A DNA stretch of 64,000 nt, taken from assembly GCF_963921235.1 (NCBI RefSeq), contig NC_086101.1, forward strand, positions 7,876,001-7,940,000. The letters run 5' to 3'. The translations under genes were made by a program, and so were the position numbers. Each line of letters opens with the position of its first letter. Within the stretch, counting starts at the first letter, position 1. This stretch comes from Mobula hypostoma (Eukaryota). Of this stretch, positions 62,525 through 64,000 are shown piece by piece. The notes below the pieces were generated by a model. It was not told the origin of the DNA. It worked only from the letters and a program-made list of their open reading frames with translations, and ran no database searches.

Positions 62525-64000
62525 AAGTGCTACGTGACAGTGATGGTAAGAATTGGAGGAGATGGCAGTTGAATGCGTGGCTGAGGAGTTGGTGCAGGGA
62601 GCAGGGTTTTAGATTTTTGGATCGTTGGGATCTCTTCTGAGGAAGGTTGGACCTGTACAGATTGGATGGGTTGCAACTGAACTTGACGGGGAGCAATATC
62701 CTTGCAAGTAGGTTTGCTAGCATGGTTCGGGAGGGTTTAAAATAATTTGGGTCCCGGAGCGATAGAGCAGTGAAAGAAGTGCATAGAGTAAAGCCAGATC
62801 TAACATACGGAGAGGCTTTGAGGAAAGAGAAGCAGAATAAAGGGTGTAAAGACAGTAAGGTAGAAGGGCTGAAATGTGTGTACCTCAATGCAAGAAGCAT
62901 CAGGAACAAAGGTGATGAACTGAGAGCTTGGATACATACATGGGATTATGATGTAGTGGCCATTACAGAGACTTGGCTGGCACCAGGGCAGGAACGGATT
63001 CTCAGTATTCCTGGATTTCAGTGCTTTAAAAGGGATCGGGGGCGGGGGAAGGGAAGGAGGGGTGACATTACTGCTCAGGGATACTATCACAGCTACAGAA
63101 AGGGTGGGTGATGTAGCAGGATCCTCTTTTGAGTCAGTATGGGTGGAAGCCAGGAACAGGAAGGGAGCAGTTACTCTATTGGGGGTATTCTATAGGCCCC
63201 CTGATAGCAGCAGAGATATGGAGGAGCAGATTGGGAGGCAGATTTTGGAAAGGTGCAAAAATAACAGGGTTGTTATCATGGGTGACTTTAACTTCCCTAA
63301 TATTGATTGACACCTGATCAGTTCCAAGGGTTTAGATGGGGCAGAGTGTGTCCAGGACTGATTCCTGTCACAGTATGTGGACAGGTCGACTAGGGGGAAT
63401 GCCATACTAAATCCAGTACTAGGTAATGAACAGGGTCAGGTCGCAGATCTCTCAGTGGGTGAGCATCTAGGGGACAGTGGCCACCGCTCCCTGGCCTTTA
63501 GCATTATCATGGAAAAGGATAGAATCAGAGAGGACAGGAAAATTTTTAATTGGGGAAGGGCAAATTATAAGGCTATAATACTAGAACTTTCAGGTGTGAA
63601 TTGGGATGGAGTTTTTGCAGGGAAATGTGCAATGGATATGTGGTCGATGTTTAGGGATCTCTTGCAGGATGTTAGAGATAAATTTGTCCCAGTGAGGAAG
63701 ATAAAGAATGGTAGGGTGAAGGAACCATGGGTGACAAGTGAGGTGGAAAATCTAGTCAGGTGGAAGAAGGCAGCATATATGAGGTTTAGGAAGCAAGAAT
63801 CAGATTGGTCTATTGAGGAATATAGTGAAGCAAGAAAGGAGCTTAAAAAGGGGCTGAGAGGAGCAAGAAGGGGGCATGAGAAGGCCTTGGCGAGTAGGGT
63901 CAAGGAAAACCCCAAGGCATTCTTCAATTATGAGAAAAACAAAAGGATGACAGGAGTGCAGGTAGAACTGATTAGAGAGAAAGGTGGGAAGATGTGCCTG
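62525..64000 (+). mobile_element. CR1 LINE (ORF1 end + APE domain), runs off the window
   Basis: LKCVYLNARSIRNK, VAITETWL, GVFYRPP, MGDFNFPNID. Confidence 0.93.

Overview
Repeat-rich vertebrate genomic DNA, not prokaryotic. The repeat mix (CR1-dominated, Penelope-like elements with hammerhead motifs, tRNA-derived SINEs) suggests a cartilaginous fish; this is inference only. The one clearly intact host gene is a 6-exon, 471-aa class IV TRIM (RING, B-box, coiled-coil, PRY/SPRY) on the + strand (10443-25255), with an ISRE-like motif just upstream of its ATG. It lies in a decaying B30.2 neighbourhood: a collapsed paralogue at about 37.8-38.6 kb, an open B30.2 terminal exon on the - strand (51369-51910), a duplicated block (about 28.8-31.2 kb vs 54.9-59.3 kb), and possible microexon and Ig-like relics near 61 kb. 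Mobile DNA includes a full-length Gypsy LTR element nested in a CR1 (tRNA-Trp PBS, -1 frameshift signal, inactivating point mutations), other LTR remnants, CR1, L1/Tx1, Rex1/Babar and Hero-like LINE pieces, and hAT and Tigger fragments. The most unusual structure is a 3.2-kb head-to-head Penelope-like dimer flanked by a single 13-bp target-site duplication in TRIM intron 2. Several miniature inverted dimers of the same hammerhead-bearing 3' end recur elsewhere in the window. Exon and LTR coordinates were read by hand; boundaries of degraded repeats are approximate.
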